Shown piece after piece: positions 1 through 13,364 of a DNA stretch of 64,000 nt. The notes under the pieces are model-generated. The model searched no databases and was not told the DNA's origin. It was given only the letters and a program-made list of their open reading frames with translations. This stretch comes from Callorhinchus milii (taxonomy: Eukaryota). The DNA lies in assembly GCF_018977255.1 (NCBI RefSeq), contig NW_024704742.1, forward strand, positions 111,478,001-111,542,000, in the 5' to 3' direction. How positions within the stretch are numbered: position 1 is the first letter of the stretch; each line of letters begins with the position of its first letter. A program made the translations under genes and the position numbers.

Positions 1-289
1 CCTTAAATATTTTGGTCATGTTTAGATTTTTGGTTAAAAATAATATCAAATCAAATTAATTCTGTTAAATTGCCCGTACCTATGTTAGCAACAATTATGT
101 TAAATCACACAAACTGAAATTGCAGTGAAAAGTCAATTATCACCGACCTCAGACTAAACACCCCCCACCGCCCAACCCCCAACCTGCACCAACCTCACTC
201 CCACACAGCTCCCCTTCCCCCTCCTAAAGCGAATGATAACTGTTGGTTGCTTTTATCTGCGGTTTGGTTTAATATAATAATTAGCACCA

Positions 290-670
290 GTGACCCCACT
301 TCAGTTACAAGTCATAGATTGTTGGTTCAAACCCCATATTGAGATATTAAGATTACAGGCCACTCCAGTGCAGTTTTGGAGGAGTGTTGCATTTTCAGAA
401 TTGTCATTGTTTGCATGAGGTAAGGTCGTATCTTTCAAATCAGATGGATGTTAAAGATCCATTACTCATGGTTTGTCCCGGTATCCTGGCCAACAATCCT
501 CCAGATAAATTAAATTAAAAGTAGTTTGTGGGAACCCACTGTGCACAAATTGGCTGCCACATTTACTTACAAATACACAATCACTAACAACCCTTGACAA
601 AAATTACCTATGACTTTGCTATGAGATGTTTTGACCTTATAGGTGTTATGTCAAATGAAGGATTATTATT
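290..670 (+). mobile_element. Deu-domain-type tRNA SINE (family 1), decayed
   Basis: Degenerate tRNA head (ttggttcaaacccc), central cagatggatgttaaagatcc motif, tail tcaaatgaaggattattatt shared with many copies in the window. Confidence 0.75.
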
Positions 671-964
671 AAATAATCAAATAAAACAGAAGTAATTGTT
701 TAAGCTGGTTGTCTTAGGATCCTGATGAGGTTGTACAGTACAATCAAGGTTGCAGCTGAGTTTCTTGGTCACTACCTCAGTCTGGTTACAACTTCAAAGG
801 ATTCATAGTGTTTGGAAAATCAGAAGTGGTTTAACCTCAAAAGTGAACTAAAAGGACAGGTATCTTTTTTAACCATCATGTTTGATTTGTTTTTCTTGCA
901 CGTCACAATATTCTTTTATGTTCTACAAACGATACGATATCACAAACCCCTATGATTCGTTATC

Positions 965-1320
965 CCACATTGGGACTTGGAATCACATTGTCTAAGCTGA
1001 CAATCCAATGTAGTGCTGGGGGGTGTGCATTCTATCGGATGAGATGTTAAACTGAGGTTCCGTTCAGGTGGACGTTAAACATCCCATGGCACTATTCGAA
1101 AAGAAAAGGGAGTTTCTCCCGGTGTCCTGGCCAACAATCCCTCAAATAAAATTGGTCATTTCAATGCTATTTTTGGGACATCGTTGTGCGCAATTGTGCT
1201 GCTGCATTTGCCTACAAATCTAGTCGCTCTGTTTCACAGTAAATCCTGTGATGAGCTTTCAGATGTTCTTCTGATATAATAAGGTGCTATACCAAATGCA
1301 AGGATTATTATTATTGTTGT
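965..1320 (+). mobile_element. Deu-domain SINE (family 1)
   Basis: ggatgagatgttaaactgaggt..ttcaggtggacgttaaacatcccatggcactattcg core; tail aaatgcaaggattattatt. Confidence 0.85.
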
Positions 1321-1908
1321 TATTCTCTGTCAGAGAGGATATTCAGACAACCTATTCCAAGCCTCTGCCAATGTTCCTCTGTAACCAGCTGATGAAGTTA
1401 AGTGAAAGTAGTTGGGAGTGCCTTGGGAGGCACCTTGTCTATGTTCTAGGTCTTGCCTTATTGGCTTGTCTAAGATTGGGAGTTCATTTACAGGAAGCAC
1501 AGTATAAGCATGTGAGCTGGCATCCAGAGTAGCACTGATACAGTGTTTCAGCACACTCAAACACTATATTGGAAACCCCATATAATTGTTATCAATGAAT
1601 TCTGGCAATCACAGCCCAGCTTTCACAGTTATAGAACACACAACTTCTCTGGTTAGATAACATGAACTCAAGGAAGAATTCAGAAAATGCACTTATAAAA
1701 GCTCTTAGTTTTTTCCCTGTTACCCACAACAAGAATAATAAGAATTTCACATCTTTCACGTACGATAACATCTCACAGAGATGGGAGGAGCCTGATGGGG
1801 GACCTGTAACAGGATAGAGTTTGCCGAGCAGAGAGGGTGAGCAAAAGAATGGGCTCGGAGATTACAAAGAAGGAGGTGCATTTGCATGAAGGAATTTTTT
1901 AACCAGGT

Positions 1909-2052
1909 TCAAACCAGAACCTTAGGAGGCCAGCCGAGCGGAGGCTTCGGGTGGTGGAGTGGGGGGGTAAGCAGGTCGATTAGGTAGGGAGGTGTAAGGG
2001 AATGAAGTGATTTGAAAATGAGTGAGAGGATCTTGAAGTCGATCCGTTCAGT
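1909..2052 (-). mobile_element. L2 LINE 3' fragment (subfamily B)
   Basis: Translation ERIDFKILSLIFKSLHSLTPPYL matches the C-terminus of L2 ORF2 seen at 61288-62553. Confidence 0.85.
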
Positions 2053-2399
2053 GATCCGTTCACCTCTCTCTATTGTCATAACTCTTCTAAACACAGACTT
2101 CTTTGACCATGCTTTTGACCAACATTCTTCTACCTGTCTTCTTCACGTCTTGCTTGGGAATCTAAATCATTTGAGACATTTTACTATGTGAAAGTTGCTT
2201 AAAAAAAGTGAAAGTTGTTGTTCAAATAATGAGAAGAATTTCAATAATGAACCTTTTAAAAAAAGTTATAAGGAACTGGCTTTCGGGTCTCAATAAACTC
2301 CCACATACCCAAAATATGTATAAAAAGAATTAGAATTTTCAATGCTCTCTACTTATCATAAAGATGATATCTTTGTGATACCAGTCCTTCCCAGACTCT

Positions 2400-2845
2400 A
2401 CCAGTCATCACACCAATCCTTGCCTGGCTCCATTGGCTCCCAATCACTGAACGGATCGACTTCAAGATCCTCTCACTCATTTTAAAATTACTTCATTCTC
2501 TCATACCTCCCTACCTATCCGACCTGCTTACCCCTCACCCCATCACCCGCTGCCTCCCCTCGGCTGGCTACGGCCTCCTAATTGTGCTTTGTGCCCACCG
2601 CTCCACCATCGGTGGCTGTGCCTTCAGCCACTATGCCCCGAAACTCTGGTCTCCCTTGATCGCTCCACCTTGCCCCCTCCCTCCCCACCTTCAAATCCTA
2701 ACTAAAGACCTTTTTTTTTTGATCGTGCTTACGGTCACCTCCCCCTTCCCTCTCCCCTTGGCTCGTTGTCAGACTCCGCCACTGTGAAACTCTTTGGGAC
2801 GCTACCCTACATGAAGGGCGCAATATAAATGCAAGTTGTTGTTTT
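2400..2845 (+). mobile_element. L2 LINE 3' end (subfamily B)
   Basis: LHWLP/RIDFKIL/AFSHYAPKLW motifs; tail gaagggcgcaatataaatgcaagttgttg. Confidence 0.9.
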
Positions 2846-2964
2846 TGAAAACATGTTTCTTGAATACACTCAAAGTGGATGCTTATTGAATAGCACGTTA
2901 ATTTGATTAATATGCTTTGTTTGATTTCAATTTAAAGAATTATGTATGTACTTATGCCGTTTTG

Positions 2965-3380
2965 CTGTTTATCACTACAGTTCTCGCCAGGTTTCAATGT
3001 CTCTCTGTCTCTCAATGGATCAATTTTGAGGTCCTCACCCTCACTTACAAATCTCTTCATGTCCTAGCACCCCTCTGTCTCTCTGATCTCCTCTTCCTAC
3101 CCCACTCCTCTACTTGCTCCCTCTTCTTAGCTCCACTTCCCCTGCTTCTTCAAGCCAATCGGTGGACGAGTTTTCAAATTCTATATCCCTAACCTCTTGA
3201 ACTCCCTTTGTCTACCCCTTCACCTCATTCCCTTTGTTGGTCTTCAACTCATATCTCAAAACCTACTTTTTCAACCTGCACTTATGGCCACCTCCCCCTA
3301 CCTCCCTGCTCAGTGTCACTGGAAAGCGTTCTGAGCTGTTATGCTGTGTGAAGAGCTGTATAAATGAAATTTGCTGTTAC
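2965..3380 (+). mobile_element. Old L2 3' fragment
   Basis: WINFEVLTLTYKSLHVLAPLCLSDLL resembles the L2 ORF2 end; decayed tail. Confidence 0.75.
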
Positions 3381-5489
3381 AGAGTGGTGCATGTTCACAC
3401 AGTTTTCTCTTTGTGTAATTTGGCTACATACCCGGCAATAACAATCTGGGAAATGTAGGGTAATTAAGCACATCTGTTCCATGTTTTGTGATTGATCATT
3501 CCATGTTTTGTGACAGATACAGTCACCTAAGTGACTAACATGGGAAGTGTTTAAAGAGGTGTAGGTTGGAGCACATGGCTGAGGAAGATGGTGTAATGAA
3601 CATCAGACGCAAAATATTTGAGTTGTTTCAAACAAAAGCATGCGCTTTGTCCTCTATTCAGTGTACTAAGGACACCCCGGTCGTACTAATGTAATTACAT
3701 ATGTATTAGAACATTTCAGCTGCCCCTTATTAGAGCCCATAGGCATGGTTTCATTCAGAGATTAGGCTGAAACTGCATTGCTGAGTTGGGAGCACAGACC
3801 GTCCGTGTTGCAGATCGAACGTACTTAGGAACAGATGCAAAAGCAGCGGATTGATTCTCAAAAAAGCCTCTGTTCTAAGCAGAAAAGTATCAGCAGTTAA
3901 TGTACTGCGGTTGTTAGAACACGGTATCATGCAATATTAATCACACCACAAGGCTTTTTACTACATGCATATTAACCCAAATTAAGAACTATAACATAAA
4001 TTATCACCTTGAACCATAACATATAGAAAAAGCACAATTCCCCCATAGGTGTAGAATGCAACACTTTAACTATTCAAACACTTGCATCATTAATAACAAC
4101 AGCAAACGGAGTGGGTTGCTTTAGAAATAAACTTGATTAATGCAGGAAAGACACATGATTGTCTATGATGTATCAAAGCACCATTGAATTGTGTTCCATG
4201 CAATAGGCTAGGAGAGTCTAACTACTCTTGCATAAAAGATTCCTGAAAAATATTCTACCATTTCTCACTGTGTTGCAAGATGTACAAATAATTTGGATAT
4301 CTTGAGAATATTGTTAGGAATTTACTTATATCAGGATTGCCCAACTATGTTTTCTATCAAGCTGTTTTTGTTGAAAAATCGTACAAAAATGTATGTAGTT
4401 TCTCAAAAGAACAAAGAGCAATTTCTAGTTCATTGCCAACATAATTATTTCAGTCTTGCACACTTTGTAATGAATAATACATAAGCATTCAAGCTCCACT
4501 TCTTCCCAAAAGGAAGTGCCTTTTCTCAGCAGTGTCACAGGATATGAGTGACTAATTCATTATTTAAACATGTCAGTAGTTGCAGCTCTTAAAGCCTTTG
4601 ATTTCCTTTACACTTGAACTGTACAATAAGATATGCACTAATTTTGAGCCAGACATTTCACAATTTATTGCACTTTTTATGTGAATGATTCTTCAACACC
4701 ATTGTTATAACCACTAAAGCAGCACATGCTTATCAATTATATACTGATTGTTTGCAGCATTTCATGATCATCTATATAACTGAGCACGACTGTCAATAAA
4801 CATGGCCGAGATCTGCCAGCTCTGTATAAACCTGTGTGTTTTATACATACGTTAAGGTTATACTCTTACAGTGCCTGACAGCAAACAAAAAATATCACAT
4901 TTGCTGGTAGTGAGAAATCACCCGCAGATTAACGGTGGATTTCAAATGACATTGGCCAGTGGAATGATATATAAAATTACTTGGCTGAATAATTAATAAT
5001 GTAGAGATGCTCACACGATACATAATAAACAGTAGTAATAATGATGAAAATAAAATAATGATAATGAAAAGCATCTTGCTCATAAAATGAACCATCTCAA
5101 AGCGTTTTACAGAGTATAACTGATTACAAAAGTAATGTCACTTAGGCAAAAGTGGCAGGTAATCTGTTGCATTCTCTCATAAACAACAATGAAATACATA
5201 TAATGCAGAGAATATAGTGGTATTCTATTTGATCCATTGGGATCATTATGATATAACTGTAGATTTATCTAAAAGAATATAGACGAGCTAGACGGCAATA
5301 GCTTGTTAAGAGGTCCACAACAAATTGTCATGGTTTCAGACTTAGAAGATTGAGGGGGAAGACACTTTAGATTTTCAGTGAGAGTGATTAACGTGAGTTT
5401 GTCCAGTTTGTGGAGGCAGATTGGTTCGCAGTTTCAAGAGGTAATTGGACCATTATTTTCTGGTAAAGGCAAGGTATCTCAATGTTCTT

Positions 5490-5810
5490 TAAAAGATTCA
5501 CTGTGTAGTTTTTGTAAGTGATCACAGCGGCCAATGTGCACACACCAATGTCTCATAAACCATGAAATGAATATCCAATTTTATCTGGAGGATTTTTATC
5601 AAAGACACTTGGAGAAACTCCCTTTTTTTGAATCGTACCATGGGATCTTTAATGTCCTGAACCGGCAAACAGAACTTCAGCATGTGAGTACTCAATTGAA
5701 GTGTCAGCCTGGACCATGAGCTCCAGGACTCAACATGGAATTTGAACCCACAACTTGCTGATTAAAAGGCGAGAGTTTTTCTAATCGAGCATCTAACACT
5801 GACAGTGTTA
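5490..5810 (-). mobile_element. Deu-domain SINE, decayed
   Basis: ccatgggatctttaatgtcc is the reverse complement of the family core; head tttgaacccacaac. Confidence 0.7.
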
Positions 5811-8344
5811 GTCTTTAAAGATTAGAATGGTTTAAAGCCAGGGGCTGGACACCATACAATCCTCACAGCATTGGCCGGGGAGGCGGTTTGATTAACAACG
5901 GCTATTTTTGTGTTTCTCTCGAAATCTCTAGGACAGAATTTTTTTAATGGTTTAAGTTCTACAAAATAAGCTTGGGTTACGTCATCTATAAATGTTGACC
6001 CGATGTTTGTTGACAGAAATCTGAAAAGAAGGTGTCGACCTCTACTAAAATTGTATACAGAGACGGTTTTTGTTTTACTTTGCATTTGAATTTATTCACT
6101 GCAGTTCTTTGCTGATCTCTTCAACAATGCAGCTACTGTTAACCCATTGCCGATGGATACTAATAATTGTTTTTTTGGCTTTTATGAGTAAAGAGGGTGA
6201 AGTATTAATTCCAAAATTCCAAGATACAATCTGAATCTACCACTTTGTAAGTGAAGTGTGTGTGAGCAATAAATGGGGACTCTTTCTCAGGCTCTTAGTT
6301 GGCAGTCAGTTTGAGTTTCCAGGCCAGAGGTATGTCAGCAAGAAAACAATACCAGTAGGGTGTCTGGTATATTGGGCACAACTTGAAATGGCTGCAGGAA
6401 ATAAATTCAGAGCACAAGGTATAATACTGTACTGCATGTCAGGAATTTTAGCTTGCTTGATGTCCCCTTCCTCCCAGTCCTATTTATACACAGTACCTGG
6501 TGATACTGATACTTTTTTATGCCGTTAATCCACTTCAGTTTGGATCACATTGATCTGAACTGAATTCAATCTCTCCAATGTTTACTCTGTGTCTCAGTAC
6601 TGAATCAGGGCAGGAGTCTGGCGCACTCAAATTACTGTCCAATGCAAGCACTGGCCGCCAGTCTTGTGTGGATGGAGTAACACTGGGATTTGAATCAACC
6701 TCCAAATCAATGCCCTTTAAACTGTCGTCTGAACATAACAGCTTTTACTCTGTTTGGAGTCTAAAAAAATAACTTTTGTATTAATACCCTGCAATTTATG
6801 TAGCGATTATCAATTTACTGCTGCAGTGTTAAAAGGGTTTAACTCTGAACTCCTAATATAGGAATTGACAGTCAGAGCAATAACATTTATGTTTCACAGC
6901 ATGAGTAACAAGACTAATTTAATAGTAGATTTACTGCAATGCAAGCAAACCCAATAAGCCTAGTACGGGGAACATACAATTTATTTCTCAGTTAGCCAAT
7001 CAACTCTTAGTCTGTAAATGTAAGAGGAGTTTAATTCCACCTCATTCTTTTGAAACATATTTTTAAGTGTCCTTTATTTGCATTCTTTTTAATTGTACAC
7101 GAAAAGTGGCTCTTTATTGCTCTACATCAATGTTTACCTAATGCTGTGTCAATTGTCATGCTAATTTATGATGCTTGAACAGGAGAGGCAGAATGGAAGA
7201 ATTACAAATTCTATTCAAATCAGATTAGCTGCACGGAAAATTGCATTATAATGCAAAAACTACAATCAGGAGATGTTCTTCAGTACCACTTCAGTAGTCT
7301 AGTTTCTATTAATCTAATCAATTATAGAGCATCATTGTATAAGAGTTTACGGGGTGCCCCAGGTTACTCGATACATATGCCCTCTGATAGAAATGTGGAA
7401 TAAATGAAAAAAGAAGCGAGCAGCACAGTGGCTGAATTTGTGTAGTTGGTTTCCCTGGATGTTAATGGTGGGGAATTCTGACCTCACATTATTCTTCGGC
7501 ATTACCATCACAATGTAAAGATCTCCCCAGCTGGCACAATGTGTTGGTCCAGCCACCTTTTACCATCTAAAGTAGTAGAAGATATTGGTTGGCAGTTCTC
7601 AAATGTAAATTCTAAAATCCTTGTCAAGGTATCTGATAAATTCACAGTCATGAAGTAACACTATGATTCTCATTTCAGCGGTATGATGTGAAAAACAGAA
7701 AAATCCTAATAAAACACATTTGAGCAGGCAGCTTATTTATTTCAAGAGTATGGTTGCAAGCTGATTATATTAATAAACTAGCTTGCTATTTTTGAGTGTT
7801 TGATAGGAGATAGAGATTTATTTCTGTTTCATTTAGCCAGTGATGTCTTAAATGCTAAATGTTGAAATCCACAAAACACATGCTTCCAGCATACAGTAAA
7901 ATATTTTCTTATTAAAATGAATGAATTTGTATGGGGAATACTGGTGGACTTTTATTTTGAACTGAGGATAGCAGACAATTACAGATAAACTTTCTCATGT
8001 ACTTTTTAGGTTTTTTTGGAGTTTCCCTCTACCTTGCTTTTTTGTGGTTAAACCATTGAATTAAGGCACACCAGAGTCTGTGGTTTAATCTTTAGAACAC
8101 GAGCCATGTTGAGTGCCAAATTATAGCCACATATATTACAAGAGGATGTATAAATAAAGGTACAGTATGAAGATACGTATTCCTTTCAGTAGGCCTTATA
8201 TCTGCACTCACTTGCATTACCATGATGGATCTACTGATCGACTACTCAATCAGTAGTCATGGTATTAGTGCAGGCAGTAACATCACCAATTATTGACAGG
8301 AGAACTACCCACCTCAGTACTCATATAATATGGTATTTTTATTG

Positions 8345-8880
8345 GTACTCAGTTGGTAACACTCTAGGCTCTAAATGAGAAGGTTGTGGGATCAAGCCTC
8401 ACATTTGACACGTCTCAAAATGTATCTTGCTGACTATGCTTTTGGTCATCTTTCCACTTTCCACCCCAGCTCAGATGTCCATAAAGGTTTGTTAAACAAT
8501 CTGAGATGTCTTCCTGTCTTGAAAGGCACTATATAAATTGAAATTATATTTTATTGTATTGAACTCTCAGTAGTAGTGTGCAAGCAGTGCATTGTTTGAG
8601 TGCGGCATTTTGAATGAGATGTTAAATGGAGGTCTTGCCTGCCTGTTGAAGTGGTCATTAAAGATTGCACAATATGATTCAAAACAAGAAGGGTTTCTCC
8701 TGGTATCCTGGCCAACAATCCCTTGGATTAATTGATCACTCATCTGGTGGTTGTTTGCAGAAACCTATTGGCTGCCTTGCTTGTTTATAAAAATGTCACG
8801 AACGCATTAGTATTAATTATATGTGAAACACTTCCAAGACATTTTGACATGATAAGGCATTATAAAAATGTAAGTTCTTC
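8345..8880 (+). mobile_element. Deu-domain SINE interrupted by an L2 3' tail (~8410-8560)
   Basis: Head ctcagttggtaacactc..aggttgtgggatcaagcc, then L2 tail gaaaggcactatataaatt, then SINE core and tail resume. Confidence 0.75.
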
Positions 8881-9433
8881 CTTTTTTCTTTCATATTTTA
8901 CCTCTTGCACCATTGATCAGATTTAGCTAGCTGATTTACAGGCAAATTTCCATCCACTGATACCTTTTATTCTTCAAACTGAAGTAACTTTGGCATTGCT
9001 GACCTAATTTTAAATGGAAGTCAGTTTACAGCACAAACTATTTGTAGAAAATACAGTCACTACAATTTGCAGTATATTCTGTGATGCACTTTGAGATGTC
9101 CTCGCAAAAGATGCTATATCATATGCAAGTATTACTATTAATATTATTATTAATAAGATCCCTGTCATTCAGCACTGTTGTTGTTAATTGGGTAAATTGG
9201 AGTGTAACAAATTTAGCAGTTGTTAATTATTAAGGTGTTGTCATGTTTTAAGAAAGCATTAAATTGTATCTGACGTATGGATACTTGACGAGGGAAAGTG
9301 CTTACTTGAAAGTCTTTGAAAGGAAAAAAACAAAAATGATCTTCTGCACTGTGATCTTTCATTTTCAGGATCAAGAATATACAAGACATTACAGATAAAA
9401 GATGTTCAATTTGCATTTTAATGAGCATTTTTA

Positions 9434-9570
9434 GATAATAATAATAATAATAATAATAATTATATAATAATTAAATATAAATAATTATATAATAATTATA
9501 TAATTATAAATATTTTTATAATTATAAATATTATAATAATAATAATAATTATGATTATTGCATTATTATA
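9434..9570. repeat. AT-rich (TAA)n-type microsatellite / low complexity
   Basis: About 135 bp almost entirely A/T with repeated taa/tat units. Confidence 0.95.
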
Positions 9571-9804
9571 ATGAGATAACCTGAGCACGCACCTTGCAAT
9601 ATTAATATTGTGGTATTCTGGTGAACAAGAATATAAGCCCCCCTTTTAAGGTGGGATAAACCTTTTGATATAATAATAATCCTTATATTTGATATTATGC
9701 GTATGTCTCAAAGGCTTCACAGTAATTACGGTTAAGTGTATTAGCTGTGTATCTAGAGGAGAATGTGACATCCAATTTGTGCACAGCAATGTCTAACAAA
9801 ACAA

Positions 9805-11130
9805 TCAAAAAAAAACAAAATTACATTTGTGAAGCACCTTTCACGTCAGGAGGACGTCCCAAGGTGCTGGACAGACAGAGTTTTGGACCTGAGCTGGGGT
9901 TGGGATCGTGGAGGGAGGTGGGCGGGGGGAAGTAGGGTGATTGAAAGCACAGTCGAAGAGCAGGGACTTGAAGTGGTTCTTAAAGGAGGCAAGGGAGGGG
10001 ATAAGGTGGAAGGACTGCGGGATGGAGTTCCAGAGAATGGGGGCAGATTGGCAGAAGGCTTGCCCCCCAATAGTTGGGCGAACGAGGCAGAGGACTTGAA
10101 GCAGGCTGGAACCCACCAAGCAGAGGGAGCAAGCAGGATGGTAGGGGATTAGGAGATCACAGAGGTAGGAGGGAGCAAGACCATGGAGAGCTTTGAAGGT
10201 GAGGGCCAGGATCTTGACCTGTATCCTCTTTGTGATGGGAAGCCAGTGGAGTTGGGCGAGGATGGGGGTGTAGGGTCACGGAGCCTGGTGTGGGAGAGGA
10301 TACGGCCTGCAGCATTCTGGATGATCTGCAGCCTGGGTGATGTTGCGAAGGTGGGGGATGGCAGAGCTGGTCATGGCGCAGATGTGAGGTAGAAAGGTTA
10401 GTTGAGGGTCAAACAAGACGCCAAGGTTCTAGACTGGCTTAGCAAGGTGGAGTGAGGAGGTGCTGACGGGAGCCAATCAGGAGGGCCTCGGTCTTGTTGA
10501 TGTTTAACTGAAGAAAGTTAGCTCTCATCCAAGACTTGATGTCTGACAAACATTCTGTCAGGACAGCAGTGGTCATGGGGTCAAGGGTGGAGGCAGAGAG
10601 ATAGAGTTGGGTGTCATGCGCATCCATGTGGAAAATGACCCCATGTCTGCGGATGATGTCACCAAGAGGGAGCATATAGATATTGAAGAGGAGGGGACTT
10701 AGGCCAAAGCCCCGAGGAACGCTGCACAAGACGGTGCGGGGGCTAGAGGAGAAACCGTTTGTGGAGATGAAGTGGAAGTGGTCTGAGAGGTATGATCTGA
10801 ACCAGTCAAGGACAGAGCTGTGAAGGTTAAGGTGAGAGGAGAAGTGGTGGATGGGAATAAAATGGTCAATGGTGTCGAAGGCAGCAGAGAGGTCAAGGAG
10901 GACGAGGAGGCAGAGGGAGCCCTGGTCGCAGAGGCACGGAATGTCATTTGTCACTTTGACGAGGGCTGTTTCTGTGCTGTGGGCGGCACGGAAACCCAAT
11001 TGGAGGGGTTCTAGAAGGAAGTGACGGGAGAGGAAGGATCGAAGCTGAGAAGCAACAACTCGTTCCAGGACCTTGGAGGGGAAGCGGAGATTGGAGATGA
11101 GGCCGTAGTTTGAGAGGATGTAAACGATCC
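9805..11130 (-). mobile_element. 5'-truncated, internally deleted L2 LINE (subfamily A) with RT remnant
   Basis: ORF 10439-10999 GFRAAHSTETALVKVTND..LLDLSAAFDTIDH; catalytic motif degraded to DAHD; L2 tail near 9820-9870. Confidence 0.95.
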
Positions 11131-11138
11131 ATTTAACT

Positions 11139-11720
11139 CAGTGGTGGGCACTCTATGATCCGCCGGCAGCAAGTGGCCAGCAGGGCTGTCAAGAAGTGGC
11201 CTGACACACATATACAACAACAACAACTTGCCCTTATATAGTGTCCTCCACGCAGGGTAGCATTTCAGAGCACTTAACAGTGGTGGAGCCTGACTCCGAG
11301 CCGTGATGAGGCGGTAGGTGGCCATAAGCATGGTCGAAGAGGAAAGTTTTCAGGTGGGACTTGAAAGAGGGGAGAGAGGGGGCAAGGGAGAGTGTTCCAG
11401 AGTTTTGGGATGTAGTGGCTGAAAGTGCGACCTCCGATGGTGGGGCGGAGGGTGCGAGTGATGAGCAAGAGGCTGGTGCCACTTGATCCCAGGGTGGTGG
11501 ATTGGGGAATGAGGTGGTCTTAGAGGTAGGGAGGTGCCAGGGAATGAATGGATTTGAACACGAGTGTGAGGATATGCACTAGTATAGGCAAATCTGTTTT
11601 AATATAATGTATTGTTTCCAGTAGCTACTGAGCAGTGAGGTTTGTGGTGTGGCCATAAATATAGAAATATTCAATCAAAAAAAATGTATTTGTTTGACTG
11701 ACCAAAAAGGTTCACCACTG
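11139..11720. mobile_element. hAT-like non-autonomous DNA transposon (MITE), interrupted by an L2 fragment
   Basis: Ends cagtggtg (11139) and caccactg (11720); flanks atttaact/atttaata resemble an 8-bp TSD; related copy at 15203-15558. Confidence 0.7.
11215..11575 (-). mobile_element. L2 3' end (subfamily B)
   Basis: RTLRPTIGGRTFSHYIPKLWNTLP; (caa)n tail at 11215. Confidence 0.9.
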
Positions 11721-11885
11721 ATTTAATAGCAGGACTGTTGGTGAGGACACCAGAAGAAACTCCCTTCTCTTTTAGAATTGTGTCATGAATTCTTTACATT
11801 TACCTGAACAGGCAGACAGGACCTTGGTTTAATGTTTCATTTGAAGGATGGTACCTCCGACAAAGCAGCGCTACCCCAGCACTTC
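11720..11885 (-). mobile_element. Deu-domain SINE core fragment
   Basis: cctgaacaggcagacaggaccttggtttaatgtttcat. Confidence 0.8.
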
Positions 11886-11899
11886 AACAACAACAACTA

Positions 11900-12266
11900 A
11901 TAATAATAATAATCCTTGCATTTGATATAGCACCTTATCAAAGTCTTCAAGACACCTCAAAGTGCTTCACAGAATATACTATCAAGTGAATTGACTATAT
12001 TTTGTGGGCGAAATGCACAGCCAATTGCGCACAGTGGTGTCCTACAAACAGTCGTGGATTGAAGTGAACAAATTTTTTTTAAAGGGAATTATTACTCTTG
12101 GAAAAGCGGTCCAGCAATCGACTAACAATGGGGTTCCTACTTACTACTCAGTAAACAGACGCGCATGGAGTAAGAAAACTTGCCTAACATTTTGCCCTGC
12201 CTAGAATCAAATCCAGGTCTCTTGCTTGCAAGGCGAGCGCTCTAACCACTGAGCTTCAGGACTCGA
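11900..12266 (-). mobile_element. tRNA-Ala-headed SINE (family 2), near full length
   Basis: Reverse complement gagtcctgaagctcagtggttagagcgctcgccttgcaagcaagag; CORE-like ggcaagttttcttactcc; shared L2-type tail. Confidence 0.85.
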
Positions 12267-12571
12267 AGTTACATTTATATAGCGCCTTTCACGTCAGGAG
12301 GACATCCCAAGGCGCTGGACAGTCAGGGATCCGTACCCGAGTTGCTGGTTAGGATCAGGAGGGGTGGAGGGTAGAGAGCGTAGTGGTAGGAGGGTGACTG
12401 AAGGCACAGTTTCATTGGAGTGCTAGTCAAGATAGACAATGAGTTCAATGTCTGCAATTCAGGACTTGAAACTACAACCTTCTTAGTTCTCCTGGCATCT
12501 CCCAAAAACAACACTTCAAAGGTGAGGAAAACTGAAATAGTAGAAAATATATCAAACTTGTCCAATGGATA

Positions 12572-12870
12572 TAATAGTAATCCTTGCATTTGATACAGCA
12601 CCTTATCATGACCAATATTTTTACTTGGGAAATGTATTGACAGTATTTGTAGGCAAATATGCAAGCCAATATGTCCACAGCAATGTCCTCCAAACAGCCA
12701 TGAAGTGTGTGACTAATTTTATTTGGAAGGTTGTTGGCTTGGACACTGGGCTGAGCGAGTCTGAATCTAAGCACCGAAACCCTGCTCTGTTTGAATAGTG
12801 CCATGGGATATTTAACTTCCACCTAATCAGGCAGATGGGGTCTCAGTTTAACTCCTCATCCAAAAGGATG
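12572..12870 (-). mobile_element. Deu-domain SINE fragment
   Basis: aatccttgcatttgata tail; gaatagtgccatgggat core. Confidence 0.8.
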
Positions 12871-13364
12871 GAAGATATAGTTATCTCTAAAAATTGTTCA
12901 ATAAATTCATATTAATTCTGAATTAATTTCTCAGGGAGATTCTCAACCACAAAGTTACTTGTCATGTTGTAAAAGTGTTTTTAAATAGGAAAGTACTTGA
13001 CAGGGGAGGGGTCGAAACTTGAGAAGAACTTCCACCAGTGCACAAACCTGAGACCTGATGAGTAGCTATGACTGAGTTGAGCTGCGGTAACAATATGAAT
13101 CCTTCACACCCCAGAAAACCACATTTAGTTTCACCACAGGGTTATTTCCAGTCTTTCAAGTAAATTATTTTTGGACAAACATTGTTCAACGTACTGTATA
13201 TCTATATAGTAATGGTGACTATTATGTCGTTAGTATTGTTCCAAGTGAACTGTCACCTCTGTCATCTCTGTCCAGTGTGACCAGTTGCTACGGTGAAAAA
13301 TTATCTATTCAGGCCAAGCACATCCTAAATAAAATTCTAATTTAATTTTTTTGTAATGAAACTA

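Noticed and set aside
722..755. Hammerhead-like CTGATGA plus hairpin ggttgta-cag-tacaatc
   Set aside because: Followed by AAGG rather than GAAA; no stems I/III
13056..13095. Hammerhead-like CTGATGA plus gtagct..agctgc stem
   Set aside because: Followed by GGTAAC rather than GAAAC; core incomplete
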